A stretch of 64,000 nucleotides of DNA from Polyangiaceae bacterium (GTDB taxonomy: Bacteria > Myxococcota_A > Polyangia > Polyangiales > Polyangiaceae): the NCBI GenBank assembly GCA_035063585.1, contig JAPSGB010000002.1, forward strand, positions 113,458 through 177,457. Reading direction: 5' to 3'. A program made the translations under genes and the position numbers. The notes below the pieces were generated by a model. It did not search any database. It was not told the origin of the DNA and saw nothing but the letters and a program-made list of their open reading frames with translations. Of the stretch, positions 1 through 10,759 are shown in pieces. Position 1 is the first letter of the stretch, and each line of letters starts with the position of its first letter.

Positions 1-1362
<1,362 letters not shown>

Positions 1363-1400
1363 TCAACCTCTCCTCGACCAGAGCGCGCGCGGGAGCCGCG

Positions 1401-2969
1401 CTAACGCGGGCGCCGCTCGCTGAGCCACGCCCCCACACCCACCGCGAGCGCGGCGACCGCGAGCGCAATGTTCCAGGCCCCCAGCGACGCGCCGAGCGGC
1501 TTGAACTGGACGAGCGCCTCGACCAACCGGACGCCGAGCGCGGCTGCGCCGTAGGTGACCACGCTCGCCGCGAGCGCGCGCCGGAGCCGTCGCGCGACCT
1601 CCACCGAGCGGACGCTGCTCGTCCACACCCGACGCGCGAGGTAACGGATCCAGACGGTCGCGGGGGTGAGTGTGGCGACCGCGACGCCGACCGTCACCAG
1701 CGTCGCCTCGCTGACCGAGAGCGGCTCGCCGCCGCCGTGCAGGGCGCGGACCGCATCAGCGAGGCTGGTGACCACGCAGCCCATCACCCAGAGCCAGGCG
1801 CCGGCCGAGAGCACGACGAGGAGCGGCCGCGCCGCGCGCGCCTCTTGCGTCACCTGCGCGATGCTCTCTGCGACCGCGCTCGCCGACACCGCGGGGAGCG
1901 TCTTGTCGGTCGACCCGCCGGAGACTACCGGCGACGACGCGACCACCACGGTCTTCGGCGCGGAGGCGGGGCTCGCCTGCGTGTCGAACGGGGCGAGAGC
2001 GAGATCGAGCGCCGTCATCGATTCGTAACGCTCGGCTGGATTTTTCGCCATCGCGCGCTCGATCACGAGCTCGAGCGCCTCCGGGATGGACGGCTCGAGC
2101 TGCCGCGGCCGGGTAGGCTCATCGGTGAGCACCTGCCCGAGGATGGTGGTCGCCTCCTCGGCGTCGAACGGTTTGTGGCCGGTGAGCGCGCGGTACAGGA
2201 TGGCGCCGGCTGCGTAGACGTCGGCGCGGCGATCCACCTTGGCGCCGCGCGCCTGCTCCGGCGCCATGTACGACGGCGTGCCCATCACCATCCCGGTCTG
2301 GGTCAGGGTGCTCCCGGCGGCGGTCTGCTTCGAAATCCCGAAATCCAGGATCTTCGCGAACGGGTGCGACAAGTCGCCGGTCAGAAACACGTTCTCCGGC
2401 TTCATGTCGCGGTGGATGACGCCGTGCTCGTGCGCGGCCTCGAGCGCCTGGCACACCTGGCGCACGATCCGCACCGCCGCTGGCGCGTCGAGGCGCCCGA
2501 CGCGATCGAGCAGCGCGCCGAGCTCCTCACCATCCAGAAACTCCCCGACGATGTAGGGGCGGCCGTCGGGCAACCGATGGACGTCATAGACGCCGACGAT
2601 GTTCGGGTGACCGATCGCGCTCGCCGACTCCGCCTCGCGCTGAAAACGCGCGACGACCTCGGGCTGCCGCGCGTACTCGTCATGCAGGAGCTTGATGGCG
2701 AAGCGCTTGTTGTGGAGCCGGAGGTGGCGCGCCTCGTAGACGCGCCCCATGCCACCCTCGCCGATCACGCGCACGACCTGGTACGACTCGCCGATGGTCG
2801 CGCCGATGAGCGGGTCGTCCCCATCCCCGGCGGCGTCGTCGAGCGGGGTCGCATCGTGCGGACAGACCTTGAAGTCCGCCGGGTATCGCCGACCGCAGGC
2901 CGGGCACACGCGCGGCAGCGTCGCGCTCGCGTTCTCGTCCGAGCTCACCATCGCAGAGACCGACTGCAT
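1401..2969 (-). CDS. Hanks-type Ser/Thr protein kinase with N-terminal Cys4 zinc-ribbon-like motif and C-terminal multi-TM region
   Basis: CPACGRRYPADFKVCPHD; GEGGMGRVY, FAIK, HRDMKPEN, DFG, YMAPE; about 4 hydrophobic C-terminal segments. Start could be 2951. Confidence 0.92.
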   Translation of the reverse strand: MQSVSAMVSSDENASATLPRVCPACGRRYPADFKVCPHDATPLDDAAGDGDDPLIGATIGESYQVVRVIGEGGMGRVYEARHLRLHNKRFAIKLLHDEYARQPEVVARFQREAESASAIGHPNIVGVYDVHRLPDGRPYIVGEFLDGEELGALLDRVGRLDAPAAVRIVRQVCQALEAAHEHGVIHRDMKPENVFLTGDLSHPFAKILDFGISKQTAAGSTLTQTGMVMGTPSYMAPEQARGAKVDRRADVYAAGAILYRALTGHKPFDAEEATTILGQVLTDEPTRPRQLEPSIPEALELVIERAMAKNPAERYESMTALDLALAPFDTQASPASAPKTVVVASSPVVSGGSTDKTLPAVSASAVAESIAQVTQEARAARPLLVVLSAGAWLWVMGCVVTSLADAVRALHGGGEPLSVSEATLVTVGVAVATLTPATVWIRYLARRVWTSSVRSVEVARRLRRALAASVVTYGAAALGVRLVEALVQFKPLGASLGAWNIALAVAALAVGVGAWLSERRPR

Positions 2970-3209
2970 CCGAATCCTGGCCGCGCCGTGGGCGAGCGAG
3001 CTCGGCCGGTCGGCACGCGACTACCGGGAAGCTTAGCGTCAACTCCTCGCGCCAGGGTATCCGAGACTGGGACGACCCGGGCTCGCCGGGGAGCCGCCCC
3101 GCGGCCGCAGGCCTCGTGTGAGCAAATGTCGGTTCGTCGCGGCCGGCGGCGCGGCCCGCGGGCCCGGGGCGTTGCCGTCACGAGAAATCGGGACCAAGCT
3201 CTCCTCCCG

Positions 3210-3566
3210 GTGACCTGCTCGCTCCGCCGCCAGCTCGCGGTCCTGGTGGCATCGCTCTTCGCGGTGCTCGCCGGGAGCCCGCCGCTCGCTTCTTCGGAGT
3301 GGAGGCTCGTCGAGTCGCCGGAGCTGTCCAGCCCGGCCCACGATGGCAGCGAGTGTCAGCCGGCCACCCCGTCGGTGAACGAGACACCGGACGTCCCGGA
3401 GGCCCCGCAGAACCTCGCGCTCGAGCCGACGCCTTGGCTCGCCGGCGCGCCGCCCGCCGAACCGTCGGCGCTCCTGCCGCTCGGTCCGGTCGCACACGCG
3501 CGGCCTGGAGCGCGCTCACTCCCCCCGAGCGCGCGCGCTCCTCCGAGCACCCGGCTGGTCGGCTAG
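3210..3566 (+). CDS. Small exported-type protein ending in RAPP (DUF2946/arrest-peptide-like)
   Basis: GTG 3210, in frame with the 3' end of track ORF 1335..3566. Signal-like LRRQLAVLVASLFAVLAGSPPLA, Pro-rich linker, C-terminus SARAPPSTRLVG. Fills an otherwise empty intergenic gap. Confidence 0.5.
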   Translation: MTCSLRRQLAVLVASLFAVLAGSPPLASSEWRLVESPELSSPAHDGSECQPATPSVNETPDVPEAPQNLALEPTPWLAGAPPAEPSALLPLGPVAHARPGARSLPPSARAPPSTRLVG

Positions 3567-3763
3567 TCGATCGGCGCCGAGGCTCACTCGCGTCCTCCGT
3601 CGGGCGCTCGCGCAGGCTCTCGAAGTCACGTCGTCGGCTGGCCGCGTGCCGCGTTCGCGCGGCGCCCGCGCCGCGGCCCACGGGAGAGGGGCCGCGTCAT
3701 CGTTCGACGGTCCCGCTCGCTCACTCGACTCGAACCGCGCGCTCGCCGCGCGCCGTGGATCCC

Positions 3764-5032
3764 ATGAAGACTTCACCGCCCTCACAGTGCCTCGTGTTCG
3801 ATCCGGAGCACGAATCCCAAGACCTTCCAGGTTTCCTGATCGCGCTCGGCCTTCGGGTGACCGTGGCCCCGAGCGCGGCAGCGGCGCTCCGCGCCGCCGC
3901 CGCGACCCCGCATCACGTCGCGTTCGTCAGCGTGCGTTCCCGCGACCCGGCCGGCTTCGAGCTCGTCTCGACGCTGCTCTCCTCGTGCCACGCGCTCGAG
4001 GTGGTCGCGCTGGTTCGCCCGTCTGACCTCGCGGCGGCGCTCGAGGCCGGCCGGCGAGGCGCGCGCTCGTGCCTCCCGCACGCGTCGCCCTTTGCGGACG
4101 TCGATCGCCTCATCGACGACCGCTCGCGCGCCTTCACGCCGCAGGACGACGAGCTCGTGGCGCGGTCTCCGGCCATGCGCATGGTGGCGAGCGCGGTGCT
4201 CAAGGCGGCTGGCTCCGATGCGCCGCTCCTGCTCCGTGGTGAGCGCGGCTCCGGGCGGGAGGCGCTGGCCCGCCTCGCGCACGCGCGCGGCGCTCGGGCC
4301 GCGCTCCGGTTCGAGGTCGTGCGCTGCGCGGAGCTCACCGCGCGCGAGCTCACGACCGTGGTACCCGCGCGGCTCGACCGAGCCAAGGGCGCCACCCTGT
4401 ACCTCGACGAGGTGAGCGAGCTCCCCGCCGACGTCCAGCGGCGTCTCTCGCGAGCGCTCGACCCGGACGACGCGGGCTCGCGCGACGCGGCTCGCTTGAT
4501 CGCCTCGACGAGCGCTGGGCTCTCGGGCTCGACCGCGGCCCCCTTCGACGCCGAGTTGCTCCGTCGTCTGTCGGTGCTCACCCTCGACGTGCCCCCGCTG
4601 CGCGAGCGGCCGGAGGACATTCTGCCCCTCGCCGTGCGCATGCTCGGCGAGCTCGCGGGCCGTGCGGAGCGACCGGCGCCCGAGCTCGACGAGAGCGCAC
4701 GAGCCGCGCTCGCGGGCTACGACTGGCCCGGAAATTTGCCGGAGCTCCGCGGCGAGCTCGAGCGCGCGCTCACCATGACCGGGGCCGGCCTCATCCACGC
4801 GAGCGCGCTATCGAGCAGGCTCCACTCGACGAGCCGCGCGCTCCCCTATCTCGGCGGCGACTTCACCCTGGAAGAGATCGAGCGCACGCACATCGAGCGG
4901 ATCCTCGCGCGCAGCCGGACCTTCGACGGCGCGGCCGAGCTCCTCGGCATCGACGACTCGACGCTCTGGCGCAAGCGCAAGCGCTACGCGAGCGGCCGCT
5001 CGCCGAGCCGAGGGAGCGACCACGCCGCGTGA
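3764..5032 (+). CDS. Degenerate NtrC/AlgB-like regulator (pseudo-receiver, AAA+ sigma54-interaction-like domain, Fis-type HTH)
   Basis: LLRGERGSGREALA, TLYLDEV, RLIAST, VPPLRERPEDI, YDWPGNLPEL, HTH AAELLGIDDSTLWRKRKRY. GAFTGA loop absent. Confidence 0.85.
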   Translation: MKTSPPSQCLVFDPEHESQDLPGFLIALGLRVTVAPSAAAALRAAAATPHHVAFVSVRSRDPAGFELVSTLLSSCHALEVVALVRPSDLAAALEAGRRGARSCLPHASPFADVDRLIDDRSRAFTPQDDELVARSPAMRMVASAVLKAAGSDAPLLLRGERGSGREALARLAHARGARAALRFEVVRCAELTARELTTVVPARLDRAKGATLYLDEVSELPADVQRRLSRALDPDDAGSRDAARLIASTSAGLSGSTAAPFDAELLRRLSVLTLDVPPLRERPEDILPLAVRMLGELAGRAERPAPELDESARAALAGYDWPGNLPELRGELERALTMTGAGLIHASALSSRLHSTSRALPYLGGDFTLEEIERTHIERILARSRTFDGAAELLGIDDSTLWRKRKRYASGRSPSRGSDHAA

Positions 5033-5071
5033 CCGTGCGCCGCGACGCTCCGCGCCGCCCGGGCGCGTGGA

Positions 5072-5476
5072 TCAGGCGCGCCCCTCGCGCTGGCGCCGGC
5101 GGCGCTCGAGGTAGAAGTGAACGAGCACCCCGGCGCTCACCATGAAGACCGACCACTCCCACACCAAGATCGCGCTCTCTTCGGTGAACCGCAGGCCCGC
5201 GACCCCATTCACCAGGCGGACCATGAAGGAGCTGTGGTCGCCGAACCCGGTGCCGCCTCGATGACGCAGCTCGCGCGCGCCGGTGGTGAGCACGCACTCG
5301 CCGAGCGCGCTGTGCGAGAGCCGCGTCACCACCACGAAGGCGAGCGCGTAGACCACGTACGCGCGGCTCCACTTCGGGTATCGATGCCAGAAGAGCAGCG
5401 GCAGACCGAGCACCCACACGATCATCGCGAGCGCGTGGAGCGCGTCGACCAGGTTCGCGAGAGCTTCGAGCGCCAT
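5072..5476 (-). CDS. Small membrane protein, DUF2784-like
   Basis: Three hydrophobic segments, LHALAM and GECVLT motifs; lies downstream of hsp20 on the same strand. Confidence 0.65.
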   Translation of the reverse strand: MALEALANLVDALHALAMIVWVLGLPLLFWHRYPKWSRAYVVYALAFVVVTRLSHSALGECVLTTGARELRHRGGTGFGDHSSFMVRLVNGVAGLRFTEESAILVWEWSVFMVSAGVLVHFYLERRRRQREGRA

Positions 5477-5598
5477 GGTAGCCGTGGTCCCCTCACGCGC
5501 GAGCGGCTCGCGTCGCCGCCCCCCCATCGTGAAGTCGGCGGCCCCCGCGAGCTCGGGTCGCGTCGAGGCGCAGGCCGCCGCTCCGCGACCCCGGTCGC

Positions 5599-6102
5599 TC
5601 ACCTTGCCTTCACGTCGATCTGCTTGGGCTTGGCCTCGGGCCGCTTCGGCACGGTGAGCGTGAGGACCCCATCCTTGAGGTCCGCCGTGATCTGCTCGGC
5701 GTCGATCCCCTCCGGCAGGGTGAAGCTCCGAGAGAACGACCCGTAGCTGCGCTCGCAGGCGTAGTAGGTGTCGGTCTTCTCTTCCTTCTCGGCTTCACGC
5801 CGCCCGGTCACGGCGAGGCGGTTGTGGGACAGCTTGATGTCCAGATCCTTCACGTCTACGCCAGGCATGTCGGCGACGAACACGAAGCCGTCCTTCGTCT
5901 CCTTGACCTCGAACGCCGGCATGAACTGCGCGGGCTCGCCGGTCTGCCACGAGGGCAGCATCTCCGAGAACGGATCGAAGCGCATCAGGTCCCGCATCAT
6001 GCGGAACGGCTCCCACGCGCGCGGCGTCACCGCCGCGACCGCCTGGGCGGGCGCCGTGGGGAGCTTCCCGCCGTTTTCCTTGTGAACTGATATGGTTGCC
6101 AT
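5599..6102 (-). CDS. Small heat-shock protein (Hsp20/alpha-crystallin)
   Basis: PAFEVKET, ADMPGV, ERSYGSFSRSFTLP, LKDGVLTLTVPK; SD GGAGGG before ATG 6102. Confidence 0.95.
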   Translation of the reverse strand: MATISVHKENGGKLPTAPAQAVAAVTPRAWEPFRMMRDLMRFDPFSEMLPSWQTGEPAQFMPAFEVKETKDGFVFVADMPGVDVKDLDIKLSHNRLAVTGRREAEKEEKTDTYYACERSYGSFSRSFTLPEGIDAEQITADLKDGVLTLTVPKRPEAKPKQIDVKAR

Positions 6103-6164
6103 ATTTCCCTCCGTCTCACCGGCGATGCCGGTCCCTGCCTCGCTCGGGCAGGCACCCTCCGCGT

Positions 6165-6180
6165 AGCAACTCACGTTCCA
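6165..6180 (-). promoter_or_regulatory. sigma54 (-24/-12) promoter for hsp20
   Basis: Minus strand TGGAACGTGAGTTGCT versus consensus TGGCACGNNNNTTGCW: exact GG-N10-GC spacing, one mismatch, about 60 nt before the start. Confidence 0.75.
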
Positions 6181-6355
6181 ATCACGTCACCGCGACGAGA
6201 CCCTCGACGCGCGCACTTCTGTCGCCGAGGGGAGCGGAGAAGGTGTGGATACGAGCCGCGGCTGGCCCGAAATCGCGTCTATGATCGCGCGGCTCCGGAC
6301 TGTGCGAAACGGCTGCGCCGGTGCGGCCCCGACTCGCGAACCCTGCGCGGAGGGG

Positions 6356-7006
6356 TCAACCCGGGTGCGCCGCGCGATCCGCGATCACCCGGACGTCCGC
6401 CGCGCGGATCCACGCCGCGGGGATGTCGTCGCCCGCGAGCAGCCGGGCGAGCGGCTCGCGCTTGCCCGCGCCGGTGACCAGAAATAGGACGAGCCGCGCG
6501 CTCTCGAGCGCGCGCAGCGTGAGCGTGACTCGGTCGGGCGGCGGCTTCGGCGCGCCATGCACCGGGGCGACCCGCGAGTCCGCGAACGCCACGCTCCGCT
6601 GCCCGGGAAAGAGCGACGCCGTGTGACCGTCCTCGCCGAGGCCGAGCAAGACCACGTCGAAGGGCATGAGCGCCGCGAGCTCGGGCTCGAGCGCCCGGGC
6701 TGCGGCCTCGGCGCCGCGCTCGGCGGGGAACCGGTGCAGGCGATAGCCGAGCTCGCCGAGCATGGCCGCGATCATGGCGTCGTTGCGCTCCGCGTGCCCG
6801 ACCGGCAGGCAGCGCTCGTCCGACGGAACCAGCGTGATCTTCCCCCACGGAAGCGGCGCGTCACCGAGGAGCTGGAAGGTGCGCTCGGGCGTGCGGCCGC
6901 CGGCGAGCACCGCCGTGCCGCCCGCGCCGAGCGCGCCGGCGATGAGCGCGGCCGCGCGGCGGCTTGCCCCCTCGTGAGCCTCCTCGAGCTCGAGCTGGAT
7001 CGTCAT
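6356..7006 (-). CDS. pgl: 6-phosphogluconolactonase
   Basis: LAGGRTP, SDERCLP, FDVVLLGLGEDGHTASLFP, PKPPPDRVTLT, LVTGAGK. Confidence 0.93.
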   Translation of the reverse strand: MTIQLELEEAHEGASRRAAALIAGALGAGGTAVLAGGRTPERTFQLLGDAPLPWGKITLVPSDERCLPVGHAERNDAMIAAMLGELGYRLHRFPAERGAEAAARALEPELAALMPFDVVLLGLGEDGHTASLFPGQRSVAFADSRVAPVHGAPKPPPDRVTLTLRALESARLVLFLVTGAGKREPLARLLAGDDIPAAWIRAADVRVIADRAAHPG

Positions 7007-7126
7007 CGGGCGCTCCTCGCTCGCGAGAGCCTAGACGACCCGAGCCACGCCGGCCAGGCCGCGCGAGGCCTCGAGTCGCGGCCGCCACGGCTTGCCGCTC
7101 GAGCGCGGCGCCGGTAGGGCTCGCTC

Positions 7127-8152
7127 ATGCTGCCCTGGTCGACCGACATGAAGGGCCGCGTCGAGCGCCTCACGCTCGACAGCGCGCTCCTCCGCGACAA
7201 CGCCCTCGGCGATCCGCACGAGCGCCCGCTCTGGGTCTATCTGCCGCCTGGCTACGACGACGCGCCCGCGGCGCGCTACCCCGTCATCTACCAGCTCCAG
7301 GGCTTCACCGGGCAGGTGGACATGTGGGCGAACCGGTCGGCGTTCCGCCGGAGCTTCCTCGAGCTCCTCGACGAGCTCTTCGCGCGCGGCGGCGCGCCGC
7401 CGTGCATCGTCGTCTTCCCCGACTGCTGGACGAGCCTCGGCGGCAGCCAGTTCCTCGACTCACCGGCGACCGGTCGCTACCACTCGTACCTCACGGGCGA
7501 GGTGGTCCCCTTCGTCGATGCGCGCTTTCGCTCCCTGGCGGCGCGCGAGCACCGCGCGGTGGCCGGGAAATCGAGCGGCGGCTACGGCGCGATGGTGACC
7601 GCCATGCTCCGCCCGGATCTCTTCGGCGGGCTTGCCACCCACGCGGGCGACGCGCTCTTCGAGGTCTGCTACGAGCCGGATTTCCGCGAATGCGTGCGCG
7701 CGCTCCGCGACGGTTACGGCGGCTCGTTCGAGCGCTTCTTCGCCGACCACCGCGGGCGCCCGGCGCTCTCGAAACCGAGCGATCACGTGCTCATGAACGT
7801 GTGGGGCATGGCGGCGTGCTATTCGGCCGACCCCGACGGTAGCGTCCACCTGCCCTTCGATCCGGAAACGGGGCGCATGAAGCTCGACATCTGGGAGCGC
7901 TGGCTCGATCGCGATCCGGTCCGCATGGCGCCGTTCCACGCCGAGGCGCTCCGCTCGATGCGCGCCATCTACATCGACGCCGGCCGGCGCGATCAATGGT
8001 TCCTCGACCTCGGCGCGGAGGCGTTCCGCCGCGAGTGCGCGGCAGCCTCGGCGCCCGACGTCTGCTTCGAGCTCTTCGAGGGGACGCACAGCGGCATCGA
8101 GTACCGCTACCCGCTCGCCGTGAAGTACCTCGCGGAGCGACTCGAGGGATAG
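7127..8152 (+). CDS. Putative esterase (enterochelin-esterase-like alpha/beta hydrolase)
   Basis: LWVYLPPGY, YPVIYQLQG, nucleophile elbow GKSSGG, IDAGRRD, FEGTH. Confidence 0.88.
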   Translation: MLPWSTDMKGRVERLTLDSALLRDNALGDPHERPLWVYLPPGYDDAPAARYPVIYQLQGFTGQVDMWANRSAFRRSFLELLDELFARGGAPPCIVVFPDCWTSLGGSQFLDSPATGRYHSYLTGEVVPFVDARFRSLAAREHRAVAGKSSGGYGAMVTAMLRPDLFGGLATHAGDALFEVCYEPDFRECVRALRDGYGGSFERFFADHRGRPALSKPSDHVLMNVWGMAACYSADPDGSVHLPFDPETGRMKLDIWERWLDRDPVRMAPFHAEALRSMRAIYIDAGRRDQWFLDLGAEAFRRECAAASAPDVCFELFEGTHSGIEYRYPLAVKYLAERLEG

Positions 8153-8261
8153 AGGTCGGTCCGGCGCGGCCGGCGGCGCGGCGCCGCGTCGCGCCAGAAG
8201 CGAAAATTGGCCGGCTTTCGCGCCGTATCGACCCCCCATCATTCGGGATATCCTCCCCGCC

Positions 8262-10688
8262 ATGAGATCGACGCCGGGCGGCGCCAAGACCATCCTTCGC
8301 CTCTCTTTGCTCGTCGCGCTCCTCGCGACGCTGCTGCTCTCCGCGTGCAGGAACCGCGCGGGAGGCGCCGCCGACCAGCTGCTCGGCGGGCTGCGCCCCG
8401 CGCGCGCGGTCGCGGTCGAGGGTGCGGAGAAGCTGACCAACGGCGAGGTCGTGGCGCGCGGCGACGACTGGCGGTCGACCCCCGCCACGGTCCTGAACGG
8501 CTCGGGCGCGTTCGTCGAGTACGATCTCGGGCGTGCCGCCGGCATCGACGCCGCGTACCTCCAAGCAGACGGCAACGACTCGTACACGGTGAGCGTGTCG
8601 GACGACGGGGCGCACTTCACCCGGCTGTGGACCGCGGAGCCGGTGCCGGACCCGGGGCTCCAGCCGCGCTGGGCGGCCAACCTCGGCGGCCATGGGCGCT
8701 ACGTGCGGCTCGCTGCCAGCGGCGGAGACGGTCGCTACAGCGTGACCGAGCTCGCTCTCTACTCGAAGGCGCCGTCGCCATTTCCCCCGCGCTTCCGCGT
8801 GGTGAGCAGCGCACCCTCGCCGGAGCTCCTTCGCAGCGCGACGCTCGTGTTCGGGCTCACGCTCGCGCTCTTTGCGCTGCTCGCGCCCGGCAAGAGCGGC
8901 TGGTGGTGGACGCTGCTGCTCGCCGGGCTGCCCATCGCCGGCGCGGTGCAGTGGCTGCAGACGCTCGCCCTGGCTTGGCCCGTCGAGCCGCGCGAGGTCT
9001 CGCTGGTCCGCGGCGTGGCAGCGGCGGTGGCCGCGGTGGCGATCCTACGCGAGGCGCTCGCGTCGCCGGCGTGGCCGGCGAGCCGCCACGCGGTGCTCGG
9101 CACGCTCGCGGTGTGCGGCGCGCTGGCGGCGGCCTCCTTCGCCAACCTCGGGCGCGCACAATTCTACGACCACGAGCACGGCGCCCCCGGCTACGTGCAC
9201 AACTTCGACATGCGGGTCTACTACCCGGTGGCGAAGTACTTCCGCGAGCTCCGCTTCGACGGCCTCTACGAAGCGAGCGTGGCCGCATACATCGACGACG
9301 ACCCGAAGCAGAGCGTCACGTCACTTGGCAACGTGGCGCTCCGCGATCTCAGGACGCACGCCATGGTGCGCGTGCGCGACGTGGCGCCGCGCATCGCGGA
9401 GGTGAAGGCACGCTTCAGCCCGGCGCGATGGCGCGAGTTCGTGGCCGACATGCGCTACTTCCGGCTCACCATGGGCACCCGCGACTATCTCGGCAGCATG
9501 AGCGACCACGGCGGTAACGCCACCCCGGCGTGGTTCGCCATCGCGCACGTGCTGTTCGCCTTCACGCACGCGTCGAACCAGACCTTGCTCATCACTGGAA
9601 TGCTCGATCCGCTCCTGCTCGGGCTCGCGTTCTTCGCGATCTTCCGCACGTTCGGCGCGCGCACGATGCTCGTCTCCTTGGTCATCTTCGGCGCGAACGA
9701 TTTCTACATGTTCGGCACCGACTGGTTCGGCGCCACGCTGCGCCACGACTGGATGGCGTACCTCGCGCTCGGAGCGTGCGCGCTCAAGGTGCGGCGCTTC
9801 AAGCTGGCGGGCGCGCTGCTCGGGCTCTCGGCCCTGATGCGCGCGTTCCCGATCGTGGCGCTGGTCGGGGTCGCGATCCCGGCGCTCGGCTGGCTCGGCG
9901 CGGAGACCATCCGCCGCCGCAAGCTGCCGAAGTGGTCCGAGCTCACGCGGCAGCACCGAGCGACCCTCGAGGTCGCAGTCGGCGCGCTCGCGGTGGGGCT
10001 CGGTATGCTGGTCGTCTCGTCGATCCTGTTCACACCGAGCGCGTGGACGGGCTGGCTCCACAAGGTCCAGATGCTGGACTCGAGCCCGCACGTGAACCAC
10101 GTCAGCCTGCGCGGCCTGGTCGCCGGCTCCGAGGGCATCCAGGGGCGCGTGCTCCGCGAGCGGATGCCGGTCTTCGTCGCCGGCATCGTCGCGGCCATCG
10201 TGCTCGTCATCGCCGCCGCGCGCCGCCGGCCGCTCCACCAGGCCGCGATCCTCGCGCTGCCGCTGGTGCCGGTGCTCTTCAACCCGGCAAACTACTATAG
10301 CCACCTCGTGTTTCTGTTCCCGCTGGTCGTGCTCGAGCGGCGGGGCGAGGCCTGGCCGCTCGCGAGGCGAGACGCAGCGCTCTGGACCGTCATGCTCGGC
10401 ATGTGCGCCGCGCAGTACGGCACGACCCTCGTGCAGGACCTCGGGCTCCATTTCTACCTGGCGACCGCGCTCTTGTTCCTGACCATCGCGGTCATGCTGG
10501 TGACCCTCGCCGCGACCGAAACCGGCGCGCTCGCGGGCGGCGCGCTCGAACCCGTGCTCGCCGGCGGGCCGTCGCCCGCGCCGGAGCGCGAGCCCGAAGC
10601 AAGCGACGGCGAAGCGCGGGCGGAGGCGCCGGGACCCGCGCGGGGCGAGCCCGAGCCGGAGCGAGCCCACCTACCAGATGGTAAGTGA
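8262..10688 (+). CDS. Polytopic membrane protein: lipobox, discoidin/F5-8-like domain and GT-C (GT87-like) glycosyltransferase-type region
   Basis: LLLSAC; EYDLGRAAGIDAAYLQADGNDSYTVSVSDDG...GRYVRL...VTELALY; loop HNFDMRVYYPVAKYFREL..GLY; more than 10 TM segments. Confidence 0.65.
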   Translation: MRSTPGGAKTILRLSLLVALLATLLLSACRNRAGGAADQLLGGLRPARAVAVEGAEKLTNGEVVARGDDWRSTPATVLNGSGAFVEYDLGRAAGIDAAYLQADGNDSYTVSVSDDGAHFTRLWTAEPVPDPGLQPRWAANLGGHGRYVRLAASGGDGRYSVTELALYSKAPSPFPPRFRVVSSAPSPELLRSATLVFGLTLALFALLAPGKSGWWWTLLLAGLPIAGAVQWLQTLALAWPVEPREVSLVRGVAAAVAAVAILREALASPAWPASRHAVLGTLAVCGALAAASFANLGRAQFYDHEHGAPGYVHNFDMRVYYPVAKYFRELRFDGLYEASVAAYIDDDPKQSVTSLGNVALRDLRTHAMVRVRDVAPRIAEVKARFSPARWREFVADMRYFRLTMGTRDYLGSMSDHGGNATPAWFAIAHVLFAFTHASNQTLLITGMLDPLLLGLAFFAIFRTFGARTMLVSLVIFGANDFYMFGTDWFGATLRHDWMAYLALGACALKVRRFKLAGALLGLSALMRAFPIVALVGVAIPALGWLGAETIRRRKLPKWSELTRQHRATLEVAVGALAVGLGMLVVSSILFTPSAWTGWLHKVQMLDSSPHVNHVSLRGLVAGSEGIQGRVLRERMPVFVAGIVAAIVLVIAAARRRPLHQAAILALPLVPVLFNPANYYSHLVFLFPLVVLERRGEAWPLARRDAALWTVMLGMCAAQYGTTLVQDLGLHFYLATALLFLTIAVMLVTLAATETGALAGGALEPVLAGGPSPAPEREPEASDGEARAEAPGPARGEPEPERAHLPDGK

Positions 10689-10759
10689 GCTCGCTCCAAA
10701 CCCAGCTGACTTTTGCGCTATTATTTCCTTGGTTCTCGGATTACCTACCATTTGGTAGG
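10670..10759. promoter_or_regulatory. Pair of palindromic operator-like sites
   Basis: CCTACCAGATGGTAAG at 10670-10685 and perfect 7-2-7 palindrome CCTACCATTTGGTAGG at 10744-10759, flanking an AT-rich spacer. Confidence 0.7.
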
